Below are positions 18,725-29,284 of a stretch of 64,000 bases of DNA, in pieces. Origin of the DNA: Candidatus Eiseniibacteriota bacterium. GTDB lineage: Bacteria > Eisenbacteria > RBG-16-71-46. The translations under genes and the position numbers were made by a program. Where the stretch lies: assembly GCA_963744995.1 (NCBI GenBank), contig CAVUWA010000009.1, positions 1 through 64,000 on the forward strand. Reading direction: 5' to 3'. Under the pieces are notes generated by a model. It did no database searches and was not told where the DNA came from. It worked only from the letters and a program-made list of their open reading frames with translations. Within the stretch, counting starts at the first letter, position 1; each line of letters starts with the position of its first letter.

Positions 18725-20014
18725 ATGAATTCCCGTTGGCTTTCCAAGCTGTGGCTCGGTGCGATGGCGCTCGTCCTGATGGTCCCCGCGGTTGCGGGTG
18801 CCCAGACGTCGCGCGTCGAGAGCATGAGCCTGATGCCCGACTACGTGAAGGATCCGAGCGCCACCTTCTCGTATCCCTCGTGCATCAATTCGGTCGGCAA
18901 CTACGTGTATGGCGAGCTCGGCAACGTCCTGTTCAATCCGAACACGGGCAGCCCGATCACCCTCGACCGGCAGATGGGCGCCGTGCTCGGCAACCTGTGG
19001 GACGGCCGCTACGGCACGTGGGGCATCTACCTGCGCGAAGAGACGCCGGCCCTCGGTCAGGGTGACGCGTTCTCGCAGCCGAACCCCGGTTTCCTGGGCG
19101 GCGACCCGAACCAGAACACGCAGGAGTCGTTCGACGTGATGTGGGGCCAGAACTTCGGCACGACGGCGATCGGCCTGCGTCTCAACCGTTCGTTCGCGAA
19201 GTTCGAGGACCAGATGCCGGGCGTGACGACGACGCTCGAGTTCGACCCCAATACGGCCAACAACGAGAACCTGTCGCGGAACATCATGGGCTTCGGCGGC
19301 GGTGTGGGGTTCGAAGTGAACCCCGAAACCAACCTCGAGATCGGCGCGCTCTACCAGAGCCGCACGTTCGAGAACAGCACGACTCCGCTGGGCAGCCGCT
19401 TCGAAGAAGACGGGCCGACCACCTACCAGGTCTCGGCGCGTGCGATGTGGGAGAGCCAGCCGAACCTGATGGTTGTGCCGGTGATCAAGTTCTACTCGTT
19501 CGATCTGGGCAACAAGTTCTCGACCGCGGGCAGCAGCGTCACCACCGACAACTCGCTCAAGGGCTGGTCGGCGGGCGTCGCGGGCAACTGGACGCTCGGC
19601 GCGAATGATCTGTTCGTGCTCGGCGCCACGTTCGCCCAGAACAAGATCGAGCAGGACGAGGACCTCTTCGGCATCGCCGGCGGCCTCGGCACCAGCGACT
19701 CGCTGGACATCACCGAGACCATCCTGCCGAACGTCTTCATGGCGCTCGAGACCAACGTCAACTCCTGGCTGACGATCCGCATGGGCGCCAACAAGGGCGT
19801 CGTGAGCACGATCAAGGCCGAAGACCGCACCCGTTCCGAGACGCAGAAGTTCACGCAGGCGCCGTTCACGATGAACCTCGGCGCGGGCGTCAAGCTCGGC
19901 ACGCTGCAGCTGGACGCGATCCTGAACAACGTGTTCCCGCACACCCTGGGCTGGCTCGGCAGCGGTATCGCCGGCGTCTACTTCCCCAAGGTGACGGCGA
20001 CCTACTCGTTCTAG
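18725..20014 (+). CDS. Outer-membrane beta-barrel protein (porin-like), unknown function
   Basis: Signal peptide ending AGA|Q, alternating amphipathic strands, C-terminal VTATYSF, strong AAGGAGG RBS, own terminator. Confidence 0.7.
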   Translation: MNSRWLSKLWLGAMALVLMVPAVAGAQTSRVESMSLMPDYVKDPSATFSYPSCINSVGNYVYGELGNVLFNPNTGSPITLDRQMGAVLGNLWDGRYGTWGIYLREETPALGQGDAFSQPNPGFLGGDPNQNTQESFDVMWGQNFGTTAIGLRLNRSFAKFEDQMPGVTTTLEFDPNTANNENLSRNIMGFGGGVGFEVNPETNLEIGALYQSRTFENSTTPLGSRFEEDGPTTYQVSARAMWESQPNLMVVPVIKFYSFDLGNKFSTAGSSVTTDNSLKGWSAGVAGNWTLGANDLFVLGATFAQNKIEQDEDLFGIAGGLGTSDSLDITETILPNVFMALETNVNSWLTIRMGANKGVVSTIKAEDRTRSETQKFTQAPFTMNLGAGVKLGTLQLDAILNNVFPHTLGWLGSGIAGVYFPKVTATYSF

Positions 20015-20043
20015 ACCCGTCCGTCCTGCAACAGGTCCACCGG

Positions 20044-20076
20044 AGGGCGCCCCGAAAAGGGGCGCCCTTTCGGTTT
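20044..20076 (+). terminator. Intrinsic terminator
   Basis: GAGGGCGCCCC-GAAAA-GGGGCGCCCTTT-CGGTTT after the stop at 20014. Confidence 0.75.
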
Positions 20077-20399
20077 GCGGGGCGGCGCCCCCGGCGCGAG
20101 GCGGGAAAGCCGTGCCGATCCGCGCCGCGGTCTCGGACGCGGGGGCCTGCGGCGGCGGACCGGCCGGGGCGCGGGAGGCCCGCGAAGGCCCGTCAGGGCC
20201 TCTGCGGGGCCCGCCCGGGCGCCCGGAGCCACCGGCCCGGCCGGGGGGGCGGGGCCTCCCCGTGACGCGAGCGAGGCTGGCTTGTAGAGCCCTGTAGCGC
20301 CCCGTATACTGCCGCCCGCTTTTTCGACATACGCCTCACTTCCCAAGCCCATCCGTCGGGCCACGCCCGTGACCCGTCCCTCGTGGACGAGAGGACGAC

Positions 20400-21668
20400 A
20401 TGCCAGCAGAAGGATCGAACATCCAGAAGGAGCTGAATCCGCTCGCCAACGCGGAGCGGCAGTTCGACGAAGCCGCCTCGCGACTGAATCTGACCGAGGG
20501 CATCAAGGAATTCATCAAGCGTCCCCGGCGCGCGACGATCGTCTCGCTGCCGGTGGTCATGGACGACGGCTCCCTTCAGGTCTTCACCGGCTACCGGGTG
20601 CAGCACTCGATCACTCGTGGTCCCGCCAAGGGCGGCATCCGCTACCACCCGGACGTCACTCTCGACGAGGTCGAAGCGCTGGCCGCCTGGATGACCTGGA
20701 AGTGCGCGGTGGTGAACATCCCCTTCGGCGGCGGCAAGGGCGGCGTGGTCTGCGATCCGGGGCGGATGTCGAAGGCCGAGCTCGAGCGCCTCACGCGCCG
20801 CTACGCGGCCGACCTGTCCGACCTGTTCGGTCCGGAGAGCGACGTTCCCGCGCCGGACGTCAACACCAACGCGCAGGTCATGGCGTGGATCGTCGACACC
20901 TACTCCATGCACGAGCGCCGCACCGAGTATGCGGTCGTGACCGGCAAGCCGCTCGAGGTCGGAGGTTCGGCGGGCCGCCGCGAGGCCACCGGCCGCGGCG
21001 TCCTGTTCTGCGTGCGCGACGCCTGCCGGCACCTCGAGATTCCCATCCCGGGCGCGCGCGTGGCGGTGCAGGGCTTCGGCAACGTGGGCTCGGTCTCGGC
21101 CGATCTGCTGGCGAAGGACGGCGCGAAGATCGTGGCGGTGTCCGACGTGACGGGCGGGATCCACAACCCGGCCGGGCTGGACGTGCCGGCGCTGCTCCAG
21201 TACGTGGAGGAGCACCGCGGCGTGAAGGGGTTCCCGGGCGCCGAGCCGCTCACCCACCCGATCGTCGAGTACGACTGCGACATCCTGATCCCGGCCGCGC
21301 TCGAGAACCAGATCCGCCGCGACAACGCCGACCGCATCAAGGCGCGCATCGTCGCCGAAGGGGCGAACGGACCGACGACGCCGATCGCCGACGGCATCCT
21401 TCAGGAACGCGGCATCTTCGTGATCCCCGACATCCTCTGCAACTCGGGCGGGGTCACCGTCTCCTATTTCGAGTGGGTGCAGAATCGGATGGGGCTCTAC
21501 TGGCCCGAAGAGGAGGTCAACCAGCGCCTCGAGGCGATCATGGTCAACGCGTTCCAGGACGTGCTGAAGAAGTCCCTGGAGTACGAGGTCAACATGCGTG
21601 TCGCCGCCTTCATGGTGGCGATCGAGCGCGTGGTGCGGGTGATCACGCTGCGCGGCCTGTACGCCTGA
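20400..21668 (+). CDS. gdhA: Glutamate dehydrogenase (Glu/Leu/Phe/Val dehydrogenase family)
   Basis: GPAKGGIRYHP, MTWKCA, GGGKGG, DVPAPDVNT, QGFGNVG, EGANGP, NSGGVTVSYFEW. Putative promoter TTGTAG-17-TATACT at 20282-20310. Confidence 0.92.
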   Translation: MPAEGSNIQKELNPLANAERQFDEAASRLNLTEGIKEFIKRPRRATIVSLPVVMDDGSLQVFTGYRVQHSITRGPAKGGIRYHPDVTLDEVEALAAWMTWKCAVVNIPFGGGKGGVVCDPGRMSKAELERLTRRYAADLSDLFGPESDVPAPDVNTNAQVMAWIVDTYSMHERRTEYAVVTGKPLEVGGSAGRREATGRGVLFCVRDACRHLEIPIPGARVAVQGFGNVGSVSADLLAKDGAKIVAVSDVTGGIHNPAGLDVPALLQYVEEHRGVKGFPGAEPLTHPIVEYDCDILIPAALENQIRRDNADRIKARIVAEGANGPTTPIADGILQERGIFVIPDILCNSGGVTVSYFEWVQNRMGLYWPEEEVNQRLEAIMVNAFQDVLKKSLEYEVNMRVAAFMVAIERVVRVITLRGLYA

Positions 21669-21722
21669 ACGGGGCCGCCCGCCGGCCGCCCGCTGCGGCC
21701 GGACGGGGGCGGAGGAAGCGAA

Positions 21723-21754
21723 GAACGCCCGCGGGCCGGAGCCCGCGGGCGTTT
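21723..21754. terminator. Likely bidirectional terminator between convergent gdhA and porV-like genes
   Basis: AACGCCCGCGGGC-CGGA-GCCCGCGGGCGTTT hairpin. Confidence 0.7.
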
Positions 21755-21777
21755 CGTCAGCCGGTCGGAACGACCGG

Positions 21778-22893
21778 TCAGAACTTCAGCTTCACGCCGA
21801 TCTCGTACACGTCGTCGAAGAAGTCGTCCTTCATCGGACGCCACGACACGTCGACGTCGAGCGACGTGCCGCCGGCCTTCATGCCGGCGGAGCCGCCCAG
21901 CGCCCATCCCGCATAGAGATCGTCGCCGGAATCGAACGACACGCTCTCGTTCCCCGTGGCCAGATCCAGCGAGCTGGTGATCGAGCCGAAGTACGAGGCG
22001 CGCAGCGCGAGCTGCTTGCGGTAGACCCACTCGAGCCCGCCGCCGACGTTGTCGCCGACGAAGTTGTTGTTCTGGAAGTTCCCCAGCGCCTTGAGCTGGT
22101 ACTGGGAGTTGTCTACCAGATCGTACGAGGCGCCGAGGCTGAAGTAGGACGGCATCTCGAACGATGAGGACGTCGAGCGCAGGGTCCGCGGTGTCGCCGA
22201 CGGATCCGCGCTCCCGATGTTCTGGCTCGAGCCGAAGCCCGCACCGTCGAACTTCATCGAGGTGCCGAAGTTCTTCATCGCGAGCCCCAGGTTGAGGGTG
22301 CGCCAGCCGGTGGCGTACAGCACGCCGAAGTCGAACGCAATGCCGGAAGCCGACACGTCGCGAATGCCTTCGTTGACGAAGCTCACCGTGCCGCCGAAGC
22401 GGACGCGATCGGTGAACTCGCGCGCGTAGCTGACACCGACCACCGTGAAGGTCGGGTCGATGATGTCACCCGTGCCCTCGGGCGCCGCCTCCGTGGTGAC
22501 GATGATGTTGCCGACGTTGAGCGCCTTGACGCTGAGTCCCACCGCGCCGAAGCCGCCCACCTGAGTGGCGATGCCCACGAAGTTGACCTGCATGTCGGCG
22601 AAGTACTGCATGTTGCTGAACATCGCCTGCGTGCCGCTCATGCCGGCCAGCCCCGCCGGATTCCAGAACAGCGCCTCGATGCCGTCCGTGGACGACACCA
22701 CGGTGCCGCCCAGTGCGGTGCCGCGCGGACCCACGGGGATCCGCATTTCCAGAGCGCCGCCGGTGCCCTTGCGCTCGTCCGACCCGGCGTGCGCCGTTCC
22801 GGACATCGCGAACAGGAGAGCCGGCATCGCGAGGAGGAAGAGCCACCCGCGGGCGGCCTTCGATCCTTTGTTCTTCGAACGATCGTCGAACAT
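21778..22893 (-). CDS. PorV/PorQ-family (FadL-like) outer-membrane beta-barrel
   Basis: Signal peptide, MRIPVGPRGTALGG..ALFWNPAGLA family motif, GIAFDFGVLY, AMKNFG, C-terminal IGVKLKF. ATG 22893 with GGAGG RBS. Confidence 0.85.
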   Translation of the reverse strand: MFDDRSKNKGSKAARGWLFLLAMPALLFAMSGTAHAGSDERKGTGGALEMRIPVGPRGTALGGTVVSSTDGIEALFWNPAGLAGMSGTQAMFSNMQYFADMQVNFVGIATQVGGFGAVGLSVKALNVGNIIVTTEAAPEGTGDIIDPTFTVVGVSYAREFTDRVRFGGTVSFVNEGIRDVSASGIAFDFGVLYATGWRTLNLGLAMKNFGTSMKFDGAGFGSSQNIGSADPSATPRTLRSTSSSFEMPSYFSLGASYDLVDNSQYQLKALGNFQNNNFVGDNVGGGLEWVYRKQLALRASYFGSITSSLDLATGNESVSFDSGDDLYAGWALGGSAGMKAGGTSLDVDVSWRPMKDDFFDDVYEIGVKLKF

Positions 22894-22907
22894 GATGTTC
22901 CGCCCTC

Positions 22908-25900
22908 CTAGAAGTTGTTGAGGCGTTCGGTTTCCATGAACACCGCGATACGCCCGAATGTCGAGCCCACGCCCGGCGCGTCGACGTGATAGACGTACAC
23001 GCCGCTGCCGACGGGCAATCCGTTCTCGGTTTCCAGATCCCAGTCGAGGATCGATGACGTGATGTCGGTCTTCTTCAGCGTGCGCACCAGGTCGCCCGCG
23101 AGGTTGAAGATCCGGATCGTGCACGTCTCCGGCAGGTTGATGAACCGCATGATCCGGTTGAACTGGTTCAGTTCGTAGTTCGACCGGGTGTAGTAGGGAT
23201 TCGGAACCGCGCGGACTCGATCGAGCCCCGTGGCTGCGAGCGCCGTGTTGTTGCGGACCAGCTCCGACGTCGAGATGTCGTAGACGTCGTTCGCCGTGGC
23301 CGGATTGGCCCATAGGAACGTCAGCGCGTCACCGTCGTCGATCACGTCGGTAGCGGCGCGTTTCGCGAACCAGCCGCCGTAGAGGATCGCCATCGGCACC
23401 ACGTCCAGCGCGTCGTCCTGCTCGTAGATGGGTTTCGGCGTGTCGCTGTAGGGCGTCTTGATCAGGAACAGGTACTCGCGTCCGCCGACGCCGCTGGCGT
23501 CCGGCGCCCAGGTCGAGTCGAACACCGCGGGCTGTGCAGCCGGCGGCTGAATCGTCCCGGCTGCGTCCACCACGGTGCGCTCCGTCCACGCCGCGTCGAG
23601 CTGCACGTTGTTGACGGTGTCCCACACCTGGAACGGCACGGAGCGGAAGCCGCCGTAGCGGTACTCGCGTCCCCCGGGCGGCGCGGAACCGTCGGCCAGC
23701 TCCAGTCGCAGATAGCGATAGGCCATGGACGGATTGGTGGCATCGAACCGCATCTCGACCGTCGTGAACGAATCCGGCATCGCGCCGGTCTCGCCGGGCG
23801 GGATCAGCGTGCCGCCCCACCACCACCAGCCGTAGTCGGCGCCGCCGAAGAAGAAGCTGCCGCCCCAGTTGACACCGGTGAGGGCGCGGCGGTGGTCGCC
23901 GTTGTTGTTGTCGTAGGTGACGTCCTGCAGCGCCGGCGCATACTGGCCGGTCACCCGCCAGCGGATGCCGTCGATGACCTGGAAGTCGTCGAGGCCCGGT
24001 GTCGTTGGGGACACCGCTGCCGCGGTTCACCTGATTGTTGAGCAGCGTGTCACCGGTGGTCACGTCCACCAGCGCCCAGGTCGCGAGCACGTCGGAGCCG
24101 TTGACCTGCGGATACGGCATCGACGTCGGCTTGAAGACGATGCGGTAGTCGTCACCCGTCACCAGGCTCGGGTTCACGACTTCCGCCGTCACCACGTCGG
24201 TCGCCGGCGGCTTGTTGGGGTCGATCTGCGAGTAGGTGACCGTGGTCTGCGCCGTGCCCGGATCGGTTCCTGCCGCCGGGCGCTGCGGTTTCACGCGGAT
24301 CACCTGCTGCGCGTTCTCGAGCACCTTGGGCTTCTCGGACGCACCGTAGGAATAGGACGTGACCGCGAAGTAGTACTCCGTCGCGTCGTTGAGGGGTCCG
24401 CCGCGGATCGCGTCCTGAGTGATCGTATGGGTGTACTGGATGCCCGCATCCGAGCCGAACGCCGTCGGATACTCCGGAATCAGCTGGCCCGACGTCGGGT
24501 CGAACACCTCGTCGAAGATGACGCGCACCGAGTTGATCTCGTCGTAGGTGGCGATCCGCTTCCACGGCCCCGCGACCGTGGCGCCCTGGTACACGTTGTA
24601 GCCCTCGAACGCGTAGCCCGGCTGCGTGTAGTTGAGCCGGCCCTGCGCATCCCAGCTCAGCGTGACCGAGCCGTGCGCGGCGGTCACGTCGACCTTCGGC
24701 TGGGCCGGCGGGCTCGGCAGGATGAAGTTCCGGTCGAACGCGTCCTGCGCGAAGGTGTCGTTGAACTTGAGCGAGGAGACCGACGACAGGCGGTCGTTGC
24801 CCTGGCCGACGATGATCGCCGCCACCACGACCTGGGTATCGCCCGGCGCCATCTGGAACGGGCCCGCCGACATCATGAAGCGACGGTCGGCAGGATTGGA
24901 ATCCAGCCAGCCGGTGCCCTGCACCGGGTCGCCGGCGTGGAAGTACTTGGTGACCTCACCATTGTTGTCGATGACGTCGCTGCCGTCCGGATTCAGACCG
25001 TTCATGTAGTTGTAGGTCTCTTCCGTCGACGCCGGGTCCGTGCCGTTGATGTACTTGTTGAACGACGTCAGCGGCAGGGTATCGCCCTGGGCGTTGATCG
25101 GGCCCAGGAAGAAGTCGTACCCGACCGCGGGCGGGGCGGAGCCGTACAGCTGATCGGCGTTGTTGGCGTTGTAGACGTAGCCGAGCGACAGCGTGGTATC
25201 GCAACCCACGAGGTCATCCGCCGCGCCACCCAGGTCCGGATCGCTCCACAGCGATACGAACATGCTGTCGAGCTGGTTCGCTCCCTTGTTGATGATCAGA
25301 TACTTGATGAACACCGTGTTGCCGAGCGCACCCTGGCGGTTGAACGCGAAGGTGGTCTGCTGGATCTCGACGCCCAGCGGCGTCGAGCTGCCGGCGTCGT
25401 TGGTGTGATTGGTGGGATCCGCGTCGTTGTAGACCGACCACAGCATCTGGTCGCCGAGCACGTCCGGTCCCTCGACCATCGTGCCGTTGATGTCCCACAT
25501 GCGGGTGGGCGCACCGTCCTGCTTGGCGCCGTTGACGTACTCGCTCCAGGAATTGTGCACGAGCGGGTCCGCCACCGGGTCGGCGGCGAGATCCTCGGCG
25601 CTGCGATCCACGTGGGCCGTATCGGAGGGATCCCCGGTCCAGCCCTTCACTTTGTATTCCCTGAACCGGGCCGTGGCCGGATTGTCTGCGCTGCCGCCCG
25701 TCATGGTGCCCGGGCCGTACTCCTGCGAGTACTCGGCTACCACCGTCCGCACCTCGCCGCCCACGACCGCGCCGAGCCAGATCCCCGAGGCGAACACGGC
25801 CGTGTTGGTCGTGCCCTTCGGGTAGACGAGGCCGGGATTGCCGCTGGAGAGGTCCCATGCGAACGAACCGAAGTTCGTCACCCACATGTTGATCGAGTTC

Positions 25901-26082
25901 ACGTCGATGCGGCGCTGGTTGTCCTGGATGGTGATCTGGTCGGCGCGCTTGATGCCGAGCGGCTGGGCGACTCTCGCCGGCATGGGCGAGCGGGCCGGCC
26001 GATCCGCCAGCGCGGGCGCGGCGATGCACACCGCCGCGGCGAGCGCCAACCCCCAGATGATGCAATGACGTCGAACGTCCAT
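22908..26082 (-). CDS. Large secreted protein (about 1057 aa when joined) with FN3-like segment and C-terminal T9SS type A/FlgD-like sorting domain; split by a one-base frameshift near 23996
   Basis: ORF 23329-26112 (signal peptide, INMWVTNFG, SDPDLG, FEGYNVYQ) and ORF 22908-24014 (VRAVPNPYY..FINLPETCTIRIFNLAGDLV..SGVYVYHV) join as GVPNDTG-LDDFQ if one G is removed. AAGGAG RBS before ATG 26082. Confidence 0.75.
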
Positions 26083-26111
26083 CGTTTGGCTCCTTCCCTT
26101 GGACCGGGCCA

Positions 26112-28964
26112 TCAGAACTGGGCCCGGACGCCGAAGCGGACGATGCGCGGCGTCGAATAGAAGTTCGGATCGTTTTCGGCGAGCCGGTACAGGCCCGCGC
26201 CGTCGAGGCCGTTGCTGTCGGCAGTCTGGACGTACGTCTGCCCGTCAGGGGTGTTCAGCCAGTTGGTCGTGCGGGCCGAGCCCGACGACGTGTAGACCTG
26301 GAACGCGTTCTCGGCGTCGAGCACGTTCAGCACCCAGGCGAACGCTTCGAGGTGATAGCTGCCGAGAGCGAAGCCCTTCGTGGCCTTGAAGTCGAGGTTG
26401 GTCGTCCACGGGCCGTAGCGCGAGTTGATCGGGCCCGACGGCTGCAGCGCGACCGCCGCCAGCGTCACCTCGTTGTACACGTCGGTCGGCGTGTACGGCG
26501 TGCCGCTCGCCACGTTCAGCAGGACGTTGATGCCCGTGTTCTCGAGGATGTGGAAGCCGTTCCACAGCGGCCCCTGACCCTGGCCGAGGCTCCAGTCCAC
26601 GTTCAGCGCGAACTTGTGGCGCTGGTCGAAGTCGAGCGGCGCCGTCTGCTTCGGCACCTGGCTCGCGGTCCAGGCGATGTTGCGCTGCGAGTTCGACACC
26701 GAGCCCGTGCCCTGGGCGAAGCTCAGCGAGTAGGCGAGGTTGGCCGAGATGTTGTTGACCGGCCGCATCGTGAAGCCGATGTCCACGCCCTTGATGGTCG
26801 CGAAGTCGGTGTTCTGGTACGAGCTGAAACTGTTGGGCTGAGAGGGCGTGTTGACCACCTGCACCAGGTCCTTCACGTCCTTGTAGTACGCCGTCATGTC
26901 GAGGCGCACGTTGTCACCCAGCTGCCGCACCACGCCGACTTCGTAGGCCGTGGTCCGCTCGGGCTTGAGGTTCGGATTGCCGAACGCCACGAAGTACCCG
27001 CCGGTGCGCACCTTGTGCTCGAGGAAGCGGTAGGAGACGTACAGGTTCTGCAGATTCGGCTGCTGATAGAACTGTCCGTAGTTGAAGCGCAACACCGTCT
27101 TGTCGTCCACCGGGAACGCGGCACCGAGGCGCGGCGAGATGCGCAGGTAGGTCTTGTTCTTGGTGAGCTCGCTGTCCTCAAGCAGCGACGGATTGTTGTT
27201 GGGGTCGGCGGGATCGCCGAGCGGCAGCAGGGGATTCACCAGCGCCGGGGTGTCGGTGTCGATGTAGTCCATGCGCAGGCCGCCGTTCACGATCAGGCCC
27301 TCGCGCTCGAACTTGTCCTGGGCGTAGGCCGACCAGGTCTTCGGGTGCTTGGCGCCGTCGCGGCCGCTGTTGACGTCGACGATGTCGATCTTCTGCACGG
27401 CGCCGGAGGTGTCTCTGGTGACGACCATGTCGTAGCCGTAGCCGTCCCAGTCGAGCAGGTTGGGCGACGTGCCGCCCAGCTGCACGGGGAAGTAGTGCTG
27501 GAAGAAGCGCAGCGTATGGGTCTGGAAGTCGCCGCCGAACTTGATCTGGTGCTGCGAGTTCACCTGCGACGTCATGCTCGCCTGGAAGCCGTAGTAGGAC
27601 GAGCGGCGCTGCAGGTAGTCGTCCCAGACGTGCCCGTCGTTCCAGAACATCGGCAGGTCCGTGTCGAAGCGCGGGTTGGGATTGCGCGCGTACTGCTCGA
27701 GCCGGTCGAAGTGCACGCCGTCGCCGCGCTTGCGCATCGTCTCGAAGAAGTTGCCGCCGAGGTTGTAGAACGTCTTCGGACTCAACACGTGGTTGAAGGT
27801 GGCGAAGTAGGACTGGTTGCGATCCTCGTACTCGGGGACGTGATTGAGGTTGAACAGGTACGGGATCGAGAACTGCCGCCATGTCTCCTGGGAGCCGAGC
27901 CCGCCGGCCTTGAGGTTCATGTTGTCGCCCAGCTGCCAGGCCAGCTTGCCCTGCAGCGAGAAGCCGCCCGAGCTGTTGTTGGGCTTGTAGTCCGGCGAGA
28001 AGCCCATTTCCTTCAGCTGGTCCTGGAGCGTCGAGGGCATGAACGACGGCGAGCGATCGCGCTGCCAGCGGCGTTCGCCCGACACGTAGAAGGTGACGTC
28101 GTCGTTCCCGGGGATCACCGGGCCGCCGAGCGACGCGTCGTAGATGTTGTAGTCCGTCTTGTTGGCGCCGATCCAGTCGCCGGCCAGCGCGTCGGAGACG
28201 GCCTCGAGGGCGCCGAAGTAGTTGGAGCGGCCCTCCTGGGTGATCACGTTCGTGACGCCCGACATGACGCGGCCGTACTCGGGCGCGAAGCCGCCGGTGA
28301 GCAACACGACTTCCTCGATCGCGTTGTTGCTGATCGAGGTGCTCGAGGTGCCGGTCAGCGGATCCTGCTGCGAGAAGCCGTCCACGTAGTAGGCGATCTC
28401 GTTCGGACGGCCACCGCGCACGATCAGCGTGTTCGAGTTCTGCGCTTCCGTGTCGATGTTCTTCTGGAAATTGACCACGCCCGTCTGCTGGGCGGCCGCG
28501 TCGCGGTAGCCGCGGGTCGGAAGCTTCTGGATCTCGTCCGCCGAGAGGAAGCGGGTCGTACCGGTGGCGTCCTTCTGCAGCAGCGGTCGCTCGGCCTCGA
28601 CGCGTACCTCCTGCATCTGCACGGCCTCGCTGGTGAGCCGGATGTCGAGGTCCTTGGTGAAGTCGGGAATGATTTCCACGTTCCCGGCGACGAACGCTGC
28701 GTAGCCGAGCAGGTTGCAACGGATCTCGTAGGTGCCGCCCGGGATCCCGATGATGACGTAGCGGCCTTCTTCGTCCGACACCGCGCCGAGACGCTGTCCG
28801 ATCACACGGATGTTGGCACCGGCGAGCGGCTCACCCTTGTCGCTGAGCACCCGGCCGGTCAGCTTGCCGGTCGTGCCTGCGAACAGGGGAGCGGCGGCCA
28901 GGATGGACAGCGCAAGAGCGAGAAGTGGGACGGGTACGGAACGCCAGAACGAACGCATCGTCAT
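26112..28964 (-). CDS. TonB-dependent receptor with N-terminal carboxypeptidase-regulatory-like domain
   Basis: Signal peptide, GKLTGRV..GEPLAGANI..GTYEI, plug VRGGRPNEIAYYVDG..GGFAPEYG, ISPRLG, GNPNLKPERT, C-terminal PRIVRFGVRAQF. AAAGGAG RBS before ATG 28964. Confidence 0.92.
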   Translation of the reverse strand: MTMRSFWRSVPVPLLALALSILAAAPLFAGTTGKLTGRVLSDKGEPLAGANIRVIGQRLGAVSDEEGRYVIIGIPGGTYEIRCNLLGYAAFVAGNVEIIPDFTKDLDIRLTSEAVQMQEVRVEAERPLLQKDATGTTRFLSADEIQKLPTRGYRDAAAQQTGVVNFQKNIDTEAQNSNTLIVRGGRPNEIAYYVDGFSQQDPLTGTSSTSISNNAIEEVVLLTGGFAPEYGRVMSGVTNVITQEGRSNYFGALEAVSDALAGDWIGANKTDYNIYDASLGGPVIPGNDDVTFYVSGERRWQRDRSPSFMPSTLQDQLKEMGFSPDYKPNNSSGGFSLQGKLAWQLGDNMNLKAGGLGSQETWRQFSIPYLFNLNHVPEYEDRNQSYFATFNHVLSPKTFYNLGGNFFETMRKRGDGVHFDRLEQYARNPNPRFDTDLPMFWNDGHVWDDYLQRRSSYYGFQASMTSQVNSQHQIKFGGDFQTHTLRFFQHYFPVQLGGTSPNLLDWDGYGYDMVVTRDTSGAVQKIDIVDVNSGRDGAKHPKTWSAYAQDKFEREGLIVNGGLRMDYIDTDTPALVNPLLPLGDPADPNNNPSLLEDSELTKNKTYLRISPRLGAAFPVDDKTVLRFNYGQFYQQPNLQNLYVSYRFLEHKVRTGGYFVAFGNPNLKPERTTAYEVGVVRQLGDNVRLDMTAYYKDVKDLVQVVNTPSQPNSFSSYQNTDFATIKGVDIGFTMRPVNNISANLAYSLSFAQGTGSVSNSQRNIAWTASQVPKQTAPLDFDQRHKFALNVDWSLGQGQGPLWNGFHILENTGINVLLNVASGTPYTPTDVYNEVTLAAVALQPSGPINSRYGPWTTNLDFKATKGFALGSYHLEAFAWVLNVLDAENAFQVYTSSGSARTTNWLNTPDGQTYVQTADSNGLDGAGLYRLAENDPNFYSTPRIVRFGVRAQF

Positions 28965-29152
28965 AGCGGACCTCTCCTTTCGGGGTGATGGAACGCATGG
29001 GATGACCGCGAGGGGGCGGTCGAACCATCTGGAGCCACGGCAGGGGGTGCCGGACGGTGGGAAGAATCCTTCAATTGCTGTCTCCTGTACCACCGAACGG
29101 GGTCGGCGGGGCCAGATCCTTGGCTGGGAAACAGGGGTGTCCTCGCGCACAG

Positions 29153-29181
29153 ACGCTATGCGAGAGGCCATGTTATGTCAA
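29153..29181 (-). promoter_or_regulatory. Putative sigma-70 promoter TTGACA-17-TAGCGT of the receptor operon
   Basis: Perfect -35 at 29181-29176 and -10 at 29158-29153, implying a leader of about 180 nt. Confidence 0.6.
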
Positions 29182-29284
29182 TGCAAGGATGACCGGCCGC
29201 GGCCGCGGGAGCGGCCGGAGTGACGAGGCGGATCGGGTTCACGCCCCGCTGACCCGCCGGGGCGGGGCGCGCCGGCAGGGCGCG

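Noticed and set aside
28965..29150. Long leader of the TonB-dependent receptor as a cobalamin or TPP riboswitch
   Set aside because: No B12-box or TPP core motifs were recognisable by eye. A cmscan would be needed to exclude other RNA motifs.
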